Source: Trichosphaerium sp. ATCC 40318 (taxonomy: Eukaryota; Protista; Tubulinea). Taken from it: DNA of 64,000 nucleotides. Positions 24,901 to 40,499 of this stretch are shown here, piece after piece. Where the stretch lies: contig JALMLS010000637.1 of assembly GCA_038496445.1 (NCBI GenBank), forward strand, positions 165,192 through 229,191. Direction: 5' to 3'. The first letter of the stretch is position 1. Every line of letters starts with the position of its first letter. The notes under the pieces were generated by a model, which saw only the letters and a program-made list of their open reading frames with translations, did no database searches and had not been told where the DNA came from. The translations under genes and the position numbers were made by a program.

Positions 24901-26165
24901 TCTCTGTGCATGTCATAAAGGCAACACCACAAGTGTACGTTCAGTTCTCAGTAGATTTTTCGTAAAACTTCTGACTTATTTCTGGGCATTTAGTATTGTT
25001 TCTCCAAAGTCTCAGGTGCCAATCATAGAGAAAGCATTAGAAATGGCTGTAAAAGAAGGACACATGTGGAGTGCTGTCGCAGCAAATGTGATTATACCGC
25101 AGGTACCCAAAAAACACCGAAAAAGGGACATAAAAAGATTCTCTACTAAATTGTTTATAGATTGGATCATCAAAGGACGAATTTTTAGTTGCAGCACGAG
25201 ACAGTGGTGCTGTTCTCACACTTTATATACATAGGTACGAAAAATCGTCAAGCCATACAACCAAAGAAAACAGTGCTTACTTTTATCCTAGTTTGAAATG
25301 TCTTCAAGGCTTTAAACAAGGAGAATCTCTTGATGCTCTACTAGCTGATTTACTACAGTAAGTTTTTGGTTTACTGCGATTATTCGTGTTGTATTGATCC
25401 TTATCGTATAGTTGGACAACACGTGTACCGTTACAGAACCTCAAAGGGAAAGAACACTTTTCCTCATTGTTGTGGGTTGTAGCTATTGAGACTCTGCATT
25501 GGCAACTAGCTCAACCTATTAACCATCAGACGAGGTCTAGCGTAGCGGATAGAATTGTATTTTTAGGTTCAGAGTTAGAGAAGTTTGCAAGAGATCAATC
25601 AGGCGGGTTTTGGGGTGTAGGCGGAACAAAGGTGAGTTACTCGTTGGTTTTGTGTTTTTTTCTGACATTTGTATTTAAGTCACCGTATCCACCTAGCTTC
25701 CGATTATTGGCGCGTGTAGTATCTGTTTTTATTGCTACACAAACCAAGCAAACTACAAAGACGGTAAAAACAATAAGAGTTGGGTAAGCGCCATTTGTTT
25801 TTGAAAAAAAACCGTTTGTTTAAAATTATTTAATTAATTTGGTACTTGGAGAGAGTTAGTGATCGCCCATTGCTAACCTCCTTTTCTGTTGATCATAAGC
25901 ATTTTCAGTTATTGTTAGTTTTATTGTTGCTAATCTGTTATGTAGACCACATGAAAGATTGAATTTCGATGCAAGTACTGAAAAGAAAATTTCTAGTCTC
26001 TCTGAAAGACAAAAGCACCGTGACTACAAAACTTATGCTGTTGCTATTCAAGCTGCGCTTGCATTTATTAAGAACGAGAGTAATACTTTATCGGGAGTAA
26101 GACAACTTGTGTGGCAGGTTATTAATCTAATTCATCAAACTGATGCAAAATTGTTTGTAAACTAA
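15973..26165 (+). CDS. EPG5: Ectopic P-granules protein 5 (autophagy tethering factor) homolog, intron-rich
   Basis: Very large helical protein in many small exons. Motifs DHLFILERLVRCPTVHKWATQFVQ and DHPLVPIYWQLFFILFF match recalled EPG5 motifs; N-terminus MEAVRERPKKKQ. Confidence 0.75.
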
Positions 26166-26734
26166 GAATAAAATAGGAATAAACTCATATTTTACGGTAA
26201 ACAAATTCACTGATTGTACCCGTTTTACCATAAAACAGCGTTTTTACCGTAAACATATTCAACTAATTACTAGTTACATGTAGCATAGTTATTTATAGCC
26301 CTTAACCAAAACAACAGAAGGAATTCCACAAGTAAAAATAGTTTGCAATTTACAAACCGTAAATCTCTGAAAATCTCAACATTTTAGAAATTGCATCTGA
26401 AAAAACGTTTTGCTGTTAAGCCCACTGTTAAGTTAACATTGGCTTGGTTTCTGTATAACCTATTTGTGTCGCGTAAGCAAGATAGTGTCATAGTGGCTAT
26501 TACACATTACTCATAAACGTCTAGCTCTGTTTTTTTAACAAGTATGTTCTGAAAAGGGAGAAAAAAACAACTTCTGCTGACATTAGTAGCAATGTCGCTC
26601 GGTGTACATACAGGTGAACAGTAAATGTGTCTGCTTTGAGTTTATTGGTGTTGAACCATGCACAAGCGCCTTGGTGTTGGTCTCTAGAATTCAATCGAAA
26701 ATGTTGTATTGACTCACACAATTAATTCAATACG

Positions 26735-27495
26735 ATGGCGTCTCAGTTAGCTCACGCAAAAGCCGCTTCGCAATGGCAACAAGCCAAGGACCTTCGCAGT
26801 AATCTTGAAAAGTTTGATGCCCAACATGGCGATGCTTTCTGCGCATTTTGGAGAAACTTATCTACTTCAAAGAGGAGACAGTTGTTAATAACAGTAGGAG
26901 GTACAGTTTTACGAAAAACGTAGCAATTAACTGTTTGACAGGTGGCAATATCCCTGATACGCCCACCGTATGTATACCAGGGCTACCTACTCTTAACTTA
27001 AGGTCATTAACGCGAAATGCCGGCCAAAGCTACATAAATATGTACAAACGTGAGACAGCGCCTATAAACCACGACTGGCGATACCTAAAACTACTACCGG
27101 ATGTAAAAGAGGACTTTCCAACTCAAGCTGATCTACAACGTCTCAAAACCGCTTTGGCACTCTTCAATAGAACACTAGACTTCCGTAACGTATTAGAGTA
27201 TGAGAAGTACTTGGGTTCAGGATGGGGACTCCAGTGGTTCGTTTTAAGCACGCTGTGCATGGTAGCAGACGAGTACCTAAAGCTGAAGGGCATAAAAGAC
27301 CATTGTACGGTGTATAGATCAAACTGTTGCTGGGCATGTTACGCAAAAAGTGGAAAAAATGGACAAAAGTTGCTTGGTTGCTCTGTATGTAAACAAGCGA
27401 GATATTGCTCTACTGAATGTCAACGTAAGCATTGGTCTGTACATAAGAAAGAATGTAGGCTTATGGCAGAGCATCCTTATGGCGTTGAAGACTGA
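26735..27495 (+). CDS. MYND-type zinc finger protein (one intron ~26901-26941)
   Basis: CWAC..LLGCSVCKQARYCSTECQRKHWSVHKKEC. Confidence 0.8.
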
Positions 27496-27734
27496 ATTTG
27501 TTTACTACACACAAGGCCAACAATAAACTCCGTTTGGTTTTTCGAGTTTACTTACAAAACGCACGTGTTCGCTTGTATATTTGCGTTGCAAAGAAGCTTC
27601 CGAATGTCACTGACTCTATCTTTGATTTGAGTATTAATAGAATTTATTACACGTGATTATTTGCGTATTATTCAGTCAACAGTATCAAAGATGTTGAAGA
27701 GTTCTACTTTGCAAGGCATGGTTTCTGGAGGCGT

Positions 27735-28455
27735 CTATGTCTCAGATATAAATACAGTACAAACCACGTGTTCACATTGTTTTGTAGGAGATCCTTCTGT
27801 ACTATTCCATAGCATAATATGAATACCAGTTAATAGAATAGCCTAGCAACTATCAACAGGAATAGAAAAAAAGAAATTGGAGGTTGCAACGCGACACAAA
27901 TTGTAACCGTGGACAAATAAACAATTACCTTACAAATTATCGCTGCAACAACAGTATCGAAAAGAGCCTTCGGTATTAATCCAATTGATGACTCCGAATG
28001 CACAAGAAGAATGATACCATATATGAACCATACAAGGGTGAAAAGACAATAGCCCAAAACAGATAACTGAATACTAACAATACCAGCACTTTCTAGAAAT
28101 AAGAATATACATATACCAAGAGTCAATAGTGCTATGAATACGATTTGCGTGACAGAATCATAGAAAAGCCAACCTGATAATCTAATAGCTGTAACAAACA
28201 AGTAAGGGGTGATCACTGTAAATCCCGTTTTGACCCAAAACCCCAAGAAAAAATGTGGCGAGTTTTGGTGCCTTTAGAAGACGTACAGTACGGTTCACGT
28301 TCCACACTAGATGTCTCATTCAAAGGAAGTTCCCGCACTGAATTGACGGAACGAACATTCCTGTACTTTATAGACACCACAAGCTCTGTGACTACTATTC
28401 CTATTACAATGCACCACAAGATGAACGCTGCAAAAATTATCGAAATATCAACCAT
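27735..28455 (-). CDS. Multi-pass membrane protein; apparent 1-nt homopolymer frameshift near 28250
   Basis: Two overlapping hydrophobic ORFs (28213-28455, 27830-28246) join if one base of the A-run near 28250 is removed. Confidence 0.5.
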
Positions 28456-29320
28456 GTTTTCTGCCTGTATTCGTGTGTTGTCCTTACAACAATCAGTCTG
28501 TTTAGCTTGATATTAGCTCTTCGGTTGTCACCCAATCTACAGCTTAACAATAAAGGTCCATTGTCGCGTGCCCTTATTTTATGTGCATGTACTTTAAGTA
28601 CACTCCACGCTCCGTAATTCATGGCGCTCAATATATGCATAAATCAAGCTATAATAGCATCTTAATTGTTCGCGGCACGTGATTTTGTTGTGAAATCAGA
28701 ATAACAATTCATAAACTCGCTATTACAATTAAGTCCTCGAATCTTTTTGTTTTTTGTCGTTGTGCAAGAACAACAAAGTAAGTGTAACCACAAACTAATT
28801 TGTGTACTTTATCCTCACTGGTTACTACCTCTTGTAAGATGTTGATACCCTAACAAAGTTAAGAATAACTAAAGAGAGATTAAAGATTAAGAATCTACCT
28901 TCAATATCATTGCAGGAACAGAATCATAAAGAGGTTTTGGTGTCAGCGTTTTCGAAACAATCAAACAACAAAGAAGACCCAAAGCGAAGAATCCATAAAA
29001 CATACACTGAACAGCATCATAACAAAGCCAAGTAAAGAGCCCAATCGCTTGCTCAAACATTGATGACAATGTACTTTGGAGAGGATTAAGCACAGTAAAC
29101 AGCTTCAAAGAACATCTTATGGTAAGTGAATGTGCTATTTTTTGCGTCTTCAAAGATGTTCTAAACTGCTACTTGCCTTGATCGTGTCATGCTCGAAATG
29201 TATCAAGTATAAACTATGCAAAAGATAAATGAAGCCTGTAATTTTGTAAATTAATAAAGTATTTTAGGAACTCAAGATGGTTTACTTCTTCATCACTTAA
29301 TTAGCGTTTAAGGCACTTTA

Positions 29321-29791
29321 TTGAACATCAAGTCAACTTTACCACGAAAAACAATGTTTAACATACAAGATTTACTCAAAAAAGCGTCGGAGGAGCAAAC
29401 CAAAACCTTCAAAGCCAACCTACAAGACAAGATGACTAAAAAAAGTTTCCTTGTGGTGTACTACACAACTTTTCTTGGTTCCTACTTTCCTGAGGGCATG
29501 GAAAGCTGGGAAGACAGTAAATTCAACTCACTTTGCCACCAAGTTATTGATTCTATAAGCTTATGTGCTTGTACGTTTAACAACATCAGTTTGTACGCTT
29601 GTGACATTACAGTAACGGATTTTCCAGCTGAAATTGCTTTCTTCCATGATATGGTAGGTATAGACTCAGATGGCTTTATAGCGAGCTGTAAAGAACAATA
29701 TAACACCTATAAAGACTTGAGGCAGTGCCAGCTTGGTCCTAGCATGTGGGATTGCCTTGTAGCAGGCGAAAAAGTAACAATAACATCATGA
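29321..29791 (+). CDS. Hypothetical protein (intronless, ~145-156 aa)
   Basis: Long ORF with protein-like composition; no family recognised. Confidence 0.45.
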   Translation: MNIKSTLPRKTMFNIQDLLKKASEEQTKTFKANLQDKMTKKSFLVVYYTTFLGSYFPEGMESWEDSKFNSLCHQVIDSISLCACTFNNISLYACDITVTDFPAEIAFFHDMVGIDSDGFIASCKEQYNTYKDLRQCQLGPSMWDCLVAGEKVTITS

Positions 29792-29842
29792 GTTTTTTCT
29801 TTGTGACTATTTCAATAAACTTGCTTCATGTAGCCTTACCAA

Positions 29843-31186
29843 CTATTGTAGAAGCGCTTCGTTGAGCTATGTAATAAAAATATGTTTAAGAAGTATTTTG
29901 GAACGTTTAGAGTTACTGAGTTGGCGTCATCGGCCCAGAAATTTTAATTCTTTGAAATACAAGTTGTTTATTTTTCTCAATACGCCTTTTTAGTACTTTT
30001 TTTTTTCATTATACCAAGATCTTCTAAGCTCTCAAGGCTCTCTGGATCACCAACACTAGGTTCTGTTTTATTGGTTTCATAATGACTCTTTCCTTCACTA
30101 TGATAATGTACTTTCTTCTCGGATACTTTATCTGCTGCATGCTGAATGGTGGCTTCGAGAAAATGTTAAAAAATAAGCCACTGTAAGTTTGGTACCTGAA
30201 GAGATTTCTGTGGTTGTAGCCTCAGACTTGGCATAAACAACTATAACGCCTGTCAGAAGTGCGGCGATGACAGCAAGACCGATGGCTAGCAAGGTACGTT
30301 AGATCTAGTTTTTTTCTTTCTTTCTTTAGGCAGAAAAAACTCACTCAGTGTGACGATTTGTAGATTACCGAATTCGTCATTTACGTATGTATCTCCGTGT
30401 GCAATAGGTTCACATAGAACATCACGTTTAGCTTCGCAATTATCATCGTAAAATAGACCATCCACAACAGCAACACATGGCTCTGTTAGTATTTCTTTAG
30501 CTTTACCATTGTCATCATGCCAATACTCTAAACTGGCGGCTGTAGTCCTTAAAAACTAATTAAATAGATAGCTAATAAGAGTTATATGTTCTACAGTAAT
30601 TTTTCTATCCAAAAGTGGTTTGGTTAGCCTTGAAAACGTAGATTTGGCAAACAAATTCGTACTTTTTATAAAATAACTCCGCATTGTCAAATGAATCATT
30701 GTGTGATCTCCAGGCAAATACATGTAGCTTTTTAGCACAATCTATACAACAACTACTATTATATTTGCATCGGAAGCATGAAACATCCTTTTCGATCTCA
30801 CTACGTCACGTGTCAAAAAACGTATTTAAAAAGTGTAAAAATCGGTTTTGGTTCTTGTACGCTTCTATGAGTATGCAGTCAGATGAAGGCTTAGGCAGAG
30901 TAGATATAGCCCTTCCACCTACCCATACGCCTGCTCCTAGATCACGTTTGCTTGTTTGTGAAACCAGGGCTTTGAAATCTGTTTCGGAAGTAATCTCGGC
31001 CATTTCCATATTACTGAATGCTTGGTAGTTAGTTTACATCGTTTAATTTTGTATTGAGAGGACTCACTGTGATTTGCAAGCGTTTGCCGCTTCAGACCAT
31101 GTAAACTGCCCAGAATACACAGTGTAACCAGTGAGGTCAGCGCATGAAATAAACGGTAAAATAATCAGCACCAACAACAATCGCAT
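29843..31186 (-). CDS. Type I membrane protein with C-type lectin domain
   Basis: Signal peptide MRLLLVLIILPFISC; FTWSEAANACKS, MAEITSETD, VWVGG, PCVAVVDGLFYDDNCEAKRDVLCE; TM segment AIGLAVIAALLTGVIVVY. Confidence 0.7.
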
Positions 31187-31645
31187 GGTATTTATAGTCG
31201 CTAGAGGATAATCTTCCAGTATATAATATCTTTAACCGATTCTTAACAAGAGTTAATGGCAAATAATGCCAAAAAAACCAGTGGAATTTCATGAGGACTT
31301 AGCAGACTTAGAAAGGAGCAAGCCAGTACATTTTTTCGGAAGTAACATCGCCTTACGAAGCTAGATTACATTATCCTGCAGGTACAGTTGTTTATTATTT
31401 TTGTACGACCACGTGACTACATAAGTACGCTGTCAGTTCCTTTGCACGCGTGAGTACTCCGAAACGTACCTTTTTAGTTGTGTTGAAGGTTTTTGATGGA
31501 AAAACCGTTTACTTCTGCTTGAAACGCTCAATTTTGTGTTAAAAATAGTGCCTCAACGCACACAACGTTATTTTATTTATGTTGGAAAGTTCCAAAACAC
31601 GCAGCTATCCACTAACACTTCCTTAAGTGTTAAAACTCATAAAAG

Positions 31646-34077
<2,432 letters not shown>

Positions 34078-34540
34078 AAAGTCTGACGAACTTCAAAATA
34101 CAAACTTTCAATTTTACAATATTGTTTTTGGTTTGTCATAGTTCAGACTTTTTGAACTGGCTTAAGAGTGTTTATCGTACCTCTAAATAATCTAAACTAT
34201 GCCAACTAGGCAGAATCCATAATTTGAACCCATAAAAGCACTGTTTGCATGTGTTCAGTTAATGCAGTGCTTAACGTCATCAAGAACCTTACTTGGAATA
34301 ATTTTACCAGCATCCCTTTTTATAGTTACCTCTTTGTAACAGTGTTCTAAATGTTTGCGTAGAGAGTTACGTTTCATACTTTACTAGTAAAGAGATCTCT
34401 GATCAGGTACATACCTACTTACACATACTAAATGCCAAGTAATTAATAATCAATAAAGAACAGCAGTTGAAGAATTCAGTAGTGGTGAACAACATTCACG
34501 TGGTTTCTTAGAATTTTAACACAATTTTATTTTATTCACA

Positions 34541-35499
34541 ATGCTCGCATATCCCACAATGCTCGCATGTCCTGATAATATTGATTGCAAGGTAATCAGC
34601 ATACGTTTGGTTACAAGATAAATAACAGATTTTAATAGATAGTTGCTGTAAAACCGGAAGGGTGCTCTTTAATAAACCTTCCAGTCGAGATTCAGCTAGA
34701 CATTATTGATTTGGACTCATCACTGTATTTCAAGTGGCCAATCTTGTCAAAACAGGCCGCGATAAATACAAGGTATGATTGTGACATGAATAAGCATGGA
34801 AAATGGCTTCGCCGAAGAAAGGACCTTGTTATAAAGCAAATGTGTTGGAAACACGGTGCACCGCATGGAGAGTACAAAGTATGGTGGCACAGTGGCCTAT
34901 TGAAGACCCAGAAGAATTACATAAATCGCAAACTAGACGGAGAACACAAGGAGTGGTTCAATGATGGCCAAGTGAGGATCCAGACTAATTACAGCAATAA
35001 CAAGCAAGAAGGAGAATACAAGGAGTGGTATCGCAATGGCAAATTGAAGAGCCATTGTAATTACAGTAATGGCAAACGAGAAGGAGAACACAAGGAGTGG
35101 TATCGCGATGGACAATTGATGAGCCATTGTAATTATCTCAATTACAAACTAGAAGGAGAATTCAAGGAGTGGTACAAGAAGGGCCAAATTAAGAGATATT
35201 GTAATTATAACAATGGCCAGCGAGAAGGAGAATACAAACTCTGGTTCAATAATGGCCAATTGAATATCCAGTGTAATTACAGCAATAACAAGCAAGAAGG
35301 AGAATACAAGGAGTGGTATTGGAGTGGCCAATTGAAGATGCATTGTAATTACATAAATGGCAAAAAAGAAGGAGAATGCAAAGAGTGGTATTGGTGTGGC
35401 CAATTGTCAAGGCAATGTAATTACATCAATGGCAAGCAAGAAGGAGAATGCAAGCTGTGGTGTCGGGATGGCATATTGATTTGGACAATTGAAAAATGA
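34541..35499 (+). CDS. F-box-like + MORN-variant repeat protein (~9 highly similar 72-bp repeats)
   Basis: Short first exon + intron, then SLINLPVEIQLDIIDLDSSLYFKWPILSK and EGEYKEWYxNGQLxxHCNYxNxK repeats. Confidence 0.8.
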
Positions 35500-35568
35500 T
35501 CGCAAATAAGTTAGTAGTTTCTTTAGGTTCTGTGAATGTCTTTGTAGGACGTTAAATAAAATAGTTAT

Positions 35569-35755
35569 AAATTTATCGTGTTGTCGTATTTGTAAAAAAG
35601 TACCATGAGCACTTATCATGTAAAAATTCTGAACTGATCTCGCCCAAAATCTATCTTGGATGCGCCAAAGCTATGTAATGTCCCTTGAAATAAATAACTG
35701 ACTAAGACTGTAACCTGGTAGCCATATCTGTTTGCGAAAATTCCTTTCGGTGACA
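35569..35755. repeat. Module C, 3' flank of the 34.5-kb MORN gene; inverted copy at 53700-53879
   Basis: About 185 bp near-identical reverse complement (aaaaagtaccatgagcacttatcatgtaaaaattctgaactgatctc..gactgtaacctggtagccatatc). Confidence 0.85.
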
Positions 35756-36282
35756 TATCTATCTCAGTTCAATGTAAGTATAGAGCGGTAATTAATCTTG
35801 GTGCACGGGTTACATAGCATTAACCATGACTTTGTACAAAAATATTCTCATAATTTTCTTACTTTTTGACGGTCTGTTTAGGTTGCGATATCATAGAGTA
35901 ACTGTATGCCTACCAAAGCACTTTTTTGGTACAATTAATTGTTTACCCAACATAGTGGCATTAACATTATAGCAATCTTCAAGTTGAAAACCGTCTTGGT
36001 TTCTAAGACTACGCCAAACGGCAGATCGCAGACTATCAAAGTAGAATGTTGCAAATTTGATAAGATGAGATGTATTGGAATATCTTTCTACTATTTTATT
36101 TGATCTCCTAATAATAACAAGATTATCACGTAAATACAGAAATTCACCTAGAGAAATAAAAAAAGTGCCAATGTGCGTAAAAAAGGCAGTCAGTTGTTGT
36201 CTCACCCAAAAGATGTTGTATTGATGCGTGGGAAATCTCCCAAAGTTAAAATTAAGAATCTATGAAGTGTAAAGCCAGTAAT

Positions 36283-38828
36283 TTATTCAATTCCAGCATA
36301 GTTATGATTAAATTCGTAGATCATTACTTTATTGAAGCGAGAGTACACCCCAACCGAACTGACCCAAGCTAAAGGTATTGTTCTGTACAACAACCGATTT
36401 TGTTTGATCCATACTGCTTACTGTCGATAAATCAATGTATTTGAAAGTCTTACCAGAAGACTCTTCAACAACATATGTTTGCTTCTAACACGTGATTGTT
36501 AGTGAACGAAAAATTGTAAGTAACAACAAACGAACCTCAGGAGATTTGTTTACAATGACAACTAAACGACTTCCATCTTTCTTTTCAATAGCTTGAGCAA
36601 ATGTTCTAATATATTCTCAGTAACGTTCACCTTGAAGTGTTGAAGAAATCTTACGTAACATTATTGTTTGTCTCTGTTATGTAAAGCATATCGTCAACAC
36701 TAGATGTCTGCATTAATAACTTCAAGCCCCAGTACTTCGCATTAGGAACGCCTATTAATCCGTCAACTCATGTAACCTTTTGGAGTTACCTGTATCCCAT
36801 TTTACCATCGTACTGCCGGGGAACTATCAAAGAAATAAATAGTTTAGTACAACAGCGAAATAAACTCTCCTACCAGCAAAGGGTATCCATGAAGCTGACT
36901 GACTTGAGCACTTTGAACCAAATGTGCTGTTTTAAAGTATGCATAAGTAAAGAATGAGTTGGCTGCTTGCCAATTCATATCTGTAAAGGTATCATACGAG
37001 ATAGATGCACCAAAACTTAGACCCTAAACGCTCTTCAGTATATTTGTGCAAAAATCTTCTATCTTGTCACTTACTACTTCATCTAGAGATAGTTTAACGT
37101 CAGGAGCGTACTTTGATCTGAACAAAAATTAATCAAAAGAATATTTACGTGACAATTTCACGTGCCTCTGGTTGGAGATAGCTTCAATTTTAGGTACAAG
37201 AGACGTATCAACTTTATTGAAGGCAAGTGAAATCTCTTTAGCGTCTGTAGAGCTATTTGGTGACGCATAGAAGTGGAATGATACCCAATCATATGGTACG
37301 CCCTAAAAAGAAGAGGTAGAGTAAGAGAAACAGAAAAAAGAAAACTTGACTAACATCCATGTGATTTTTTGGGTTTAGAAAGTACTCGTAGTTCTCTGGT
37401 GTGCCCATTGATGATTGTTCCATACCAACGAACTTTAAATGAGGAAATTCACTTGACAGTCTACCAACTATTGCATCGTAGAGCTTTGTATAATATTCCA
37501 CTGACGTCCAGAGATTTGGTTCATTCAAAACTTGAAAATACTTCAAATTAGGTACTGGTCCTTTTTCTCTTTTGTGTATGAATCCATATTCGTCTGTCAT
37601 CTCTCCTTTTACAAAGTATGATACTATTCTATAGAAGTAATCACTTAATTCTGTAAAACTGTGATCTCGAAGCTCTCCAGAAGGAAGTTTCCAAGTCCAA
37701 GCCTTGATAAGAAAGTAAGTGATAAATAATAGTATTGATTTCTTGGCACCTCGTTTTCGTCGTATGGGTTTGGGATTGGTGATGGCGAGTTAAACATCCA
37801 CCTAGGTATCATAGCGAGATCTAACATAAAATCTTGTCCTCCTTGTGCTTCAATAAAGTCATCCATGACAGGGTCAAACGAAGAGAAATCCCATGACGTA
37901 GAGTTTACCCAAAGACTATAAAAACGTGAAAGAAAGAAGAAAAAGAAAAACGTTGTATCTATTGTGATTTACCTGCATTTAGCTTGAACAGATAAAACTG
38001 CATCTTTACCACAAGAACTAACGTAAATTAAATAATTAGATACCAAAACAGGCGCAAGTGATGATTGTTAGTTAAAAACAGGCGCAAATAATGATTGTTG
38101 GATAAAAAAGATTCTACACAATAATGACACTTGAGACTCTTCGCTGTATCTTGTTGTTGGATGCTTACCTTCCAAAGATATCTGACGTTACATTGATTGA
38201 ACACATAGGTTTACCCAAACACATTTTGTTGAGAGCTGTAGTTGGATCAATATTGCAAGAGCCTTCTTGATAAGCGCTAGACTATGATTATAAAAAAAAA
38301 ATAATCACGTGTCATTATTACCCGCAATGGCCAGAAGGGTTACCAAAGTACCCGACATCAATAGACGTGATATCTCCTAGTAGGCAGTCGTTAGAAGAAC
38401 AGGTGACGTCTTCCAGAGGTTTTTTGTGTAGAAATAAGCGAAATACCTTGTGAGCAAACGAGATGTCCTACAGTCCCTGTAGTGATAGATGCACAGCGTG
38501 GATTACCGTCAGGCTCAGTGAGAGCACCAGCACCCAAGTATGGGAACGCATATATTGTTTTAAAAGACGTTAACGTTGGTTTTAAGTCTTTAAGGCTTTG
38601 AAACATGTTGTTATGAGAAGGCGATCCTCGTTTGAACAAACTATCAGGTACAACCAGAATACTTGGTGTCTAACGCTTTTTTAGATCATGTAACGTTATT
38701 AACAGTATATGAATTACACTTACAGATAAAACTGTGCCTTGCTCGCGATCCCATAACGGTTTTATGGTGGTAGACGACACTACTATAAAAAGTACTAAAG
38801 ACACTAAGAGCTCGGAAAGCTGCACCAT
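36283..38828 (-). CDS. Secreted clan GH-A glycoside hydrolase (GH39-like) with inserted SUEL/Gal-lectin domain
   Basis: Signal peptide; acid/base YFQVLNEPN; nucleophile region VKLSLDE; lectin-like CPTGDITSIDVGYFGNPSGHC..GSC..CLGKPMCSINVTSDIFG. Confidence 0.65.
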
Positions 38829-38961
38829 AGAAAGTAGTCGCGATTGACTGTAACTGTCAATATTATTCAAAATACATGGTGAGAGTTGGTTTTTTGTTTA
38901 ACACAAAACATGAGGCATAGTTGATGCTAGTGATGGCGGTAATACGCGTATTTATTTAACT

Positions 38962-39477
38962 TTAGATGACTTTCCTTTCCCAAAGTTGGTTGTTCGTGTC
39001 AGGATGACCACCTCCAACATTCTGCCACATGTGTACATTGTCATTGGGTCCGGCGTGATCAGCCACATAATTGGACGTGTAAGGGTGTCGGAACAGGCGA
39101 GAGTTTGAACCATACAAGACTTTGTACCACATTTGATTCGTTTCGTGTGCGTCACAAGTCCACAACTTGACGTCCTCTCCGTTTGCCGCTATATGGCTGG
39201 CATCCAGGCAATAGTTCGTGTCCCTTTTGCGGTAGTTGAAGTAACCTGATATCGAGGCATGTGACTCGATCCAGTGCTGACCATGATCGTTTGGGTCGTA
39301 CACTCTAATTTTGACACTCTGTCCATTGCTTCCGCCTGATCCAGCATCCATAGCACCGTTGTCGAAGGCTTCTTTCCAGATGACAAAGTATTGTTCTTCT
39401 TCTTTTTTGTCTTCTTGAATTGCAATACACACTGTAAGGAGTATACAAGATACAGCGAGGTACAAGAAGGTGCGCAT
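38962..39477 (-). CDS. Secreted ricin-B (QxW) lectin-domain protein, intronless
   Basis: Signal peptide; YCLDA..GEDVKLWTCD..TNQMW and NNQLW repeats. Confidence 0.85.
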   Translation of the reverse strand: MRTFLYLAVSCILLTVCIAIQEDKKEEEQYFVIWKEAFDNGAMDAGSGGSNGQSVKIRVYDPNDHGQHWIESHASISGYFNYRKRDTNYCLDASHIAANGEDVKLWTCDAHETNQMWYKVLYGSNSRLFRHPYTSNYVADHAGPNDNVHMWQNVGGGHPDTNNQLWERKVI

Positions 39478-40499
39478 AGTGTATGATTGCTTGTTGTTTG
39501 TTTTTTTGTCTGTTGGCAGTTAAGTACTGTGTGCACTGTTTATGTGCAACCGACTCATTGTTTACTGAACGCTAGAAATTTTACTGGCTACCCACACTAC
39601 GTATTGAAAGATTCTGTCGCATTATACAACTTTGAAAACATTTTATGAACCGCTTTGGTTGTACACAACCCACAGTCTTTTTCTTTTCAAAGATAATAAG
39701 GAATGTTAGTATGTCCTTTTACTTGTTTGTGAAGGAGAGCAATGCATGGAATCTTTGAGAAAAAAATTATTTGTGCTGTTACAATAACAGGTGCACGAAC
39801 ACAAACAGGTCCTGAAAATTGTTGTATTGTGCTCGCTCTAGATTCTCGTATGAGGGGTGCTACATACCTTTGGGCTTTTTTTTCGCTTGCTCAACAACTT
39901 ACAGTTTAAAAAACGAAACACCTCAAACTGCATAGAACAATGAAGCAACAAAATAATAGCAAAAAACCTCTGGTTGATGTGTTTTTATTTTGTGCTATAG
40001 AGTTTAAATAAATACACAAATCAGTGATGACACATGGAGTGATGATATTTTATCCATGTGATACACATTGAGTGGAGCATAACTAACATGAGGGCTCCAC
40101 CTCATATAGTGGTGTGACAAGAACGGCTTCAGTTTTTTTGGCTTTTTGACAAATAAAAGTGTCCGTTGTTTAATCCGAACAATTTTAACGTTTATTAATA
40201 ACATCATTTCTTGGTACGTAGATAGCGGACAAAGGAAGTGTTGGTAGCACAAAACATCTGCATCTCGAGATTTTGTGTATTTAAACTGTAGCAGTTTGCA
40301 TGAGTTCGAATTGTTTTTTCGCGCCCACCAATGGCTGACAATTTGTGAGTGAAGGTCGGTGGTCCCAAGCAAAGCAATAATTTCGACCGAAAGCGTTACC
40401 ATTTTGTAACAATTCGCCCTTTTTGACAAAATTCGAACAAAACGCAATTTTTCGAACAATTTCGAATCCTGCGAAAGAGGTGGAATAAAACAATAATTT

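Noticed and set aside
15967-26165. Dozens of short separate ORFs or an alternative genetic code
   Set aside because: The ones I checked resolve as exons of one EPG5 gene with short introns under the standard code.
28240-28260. Programmed frameshift in the membrane-protein gene
   Set aside because: The break lies in a homopolymer with no evident stimulator; a sequencing indel or recent mutation is more likely.
34860-35470. CRISPR-like array
   Set aside because: The 72-bp period is an in-frame protein repeat; there are no unique spacers or cas genes, and the context is eukaryotic.
38044-38105. ~30-bp tandem duplication (aaaacaggcgcaa..atgattgtt)
   Set aside because: Local two-copy slippage, apparently in an intron; no wider pattern.
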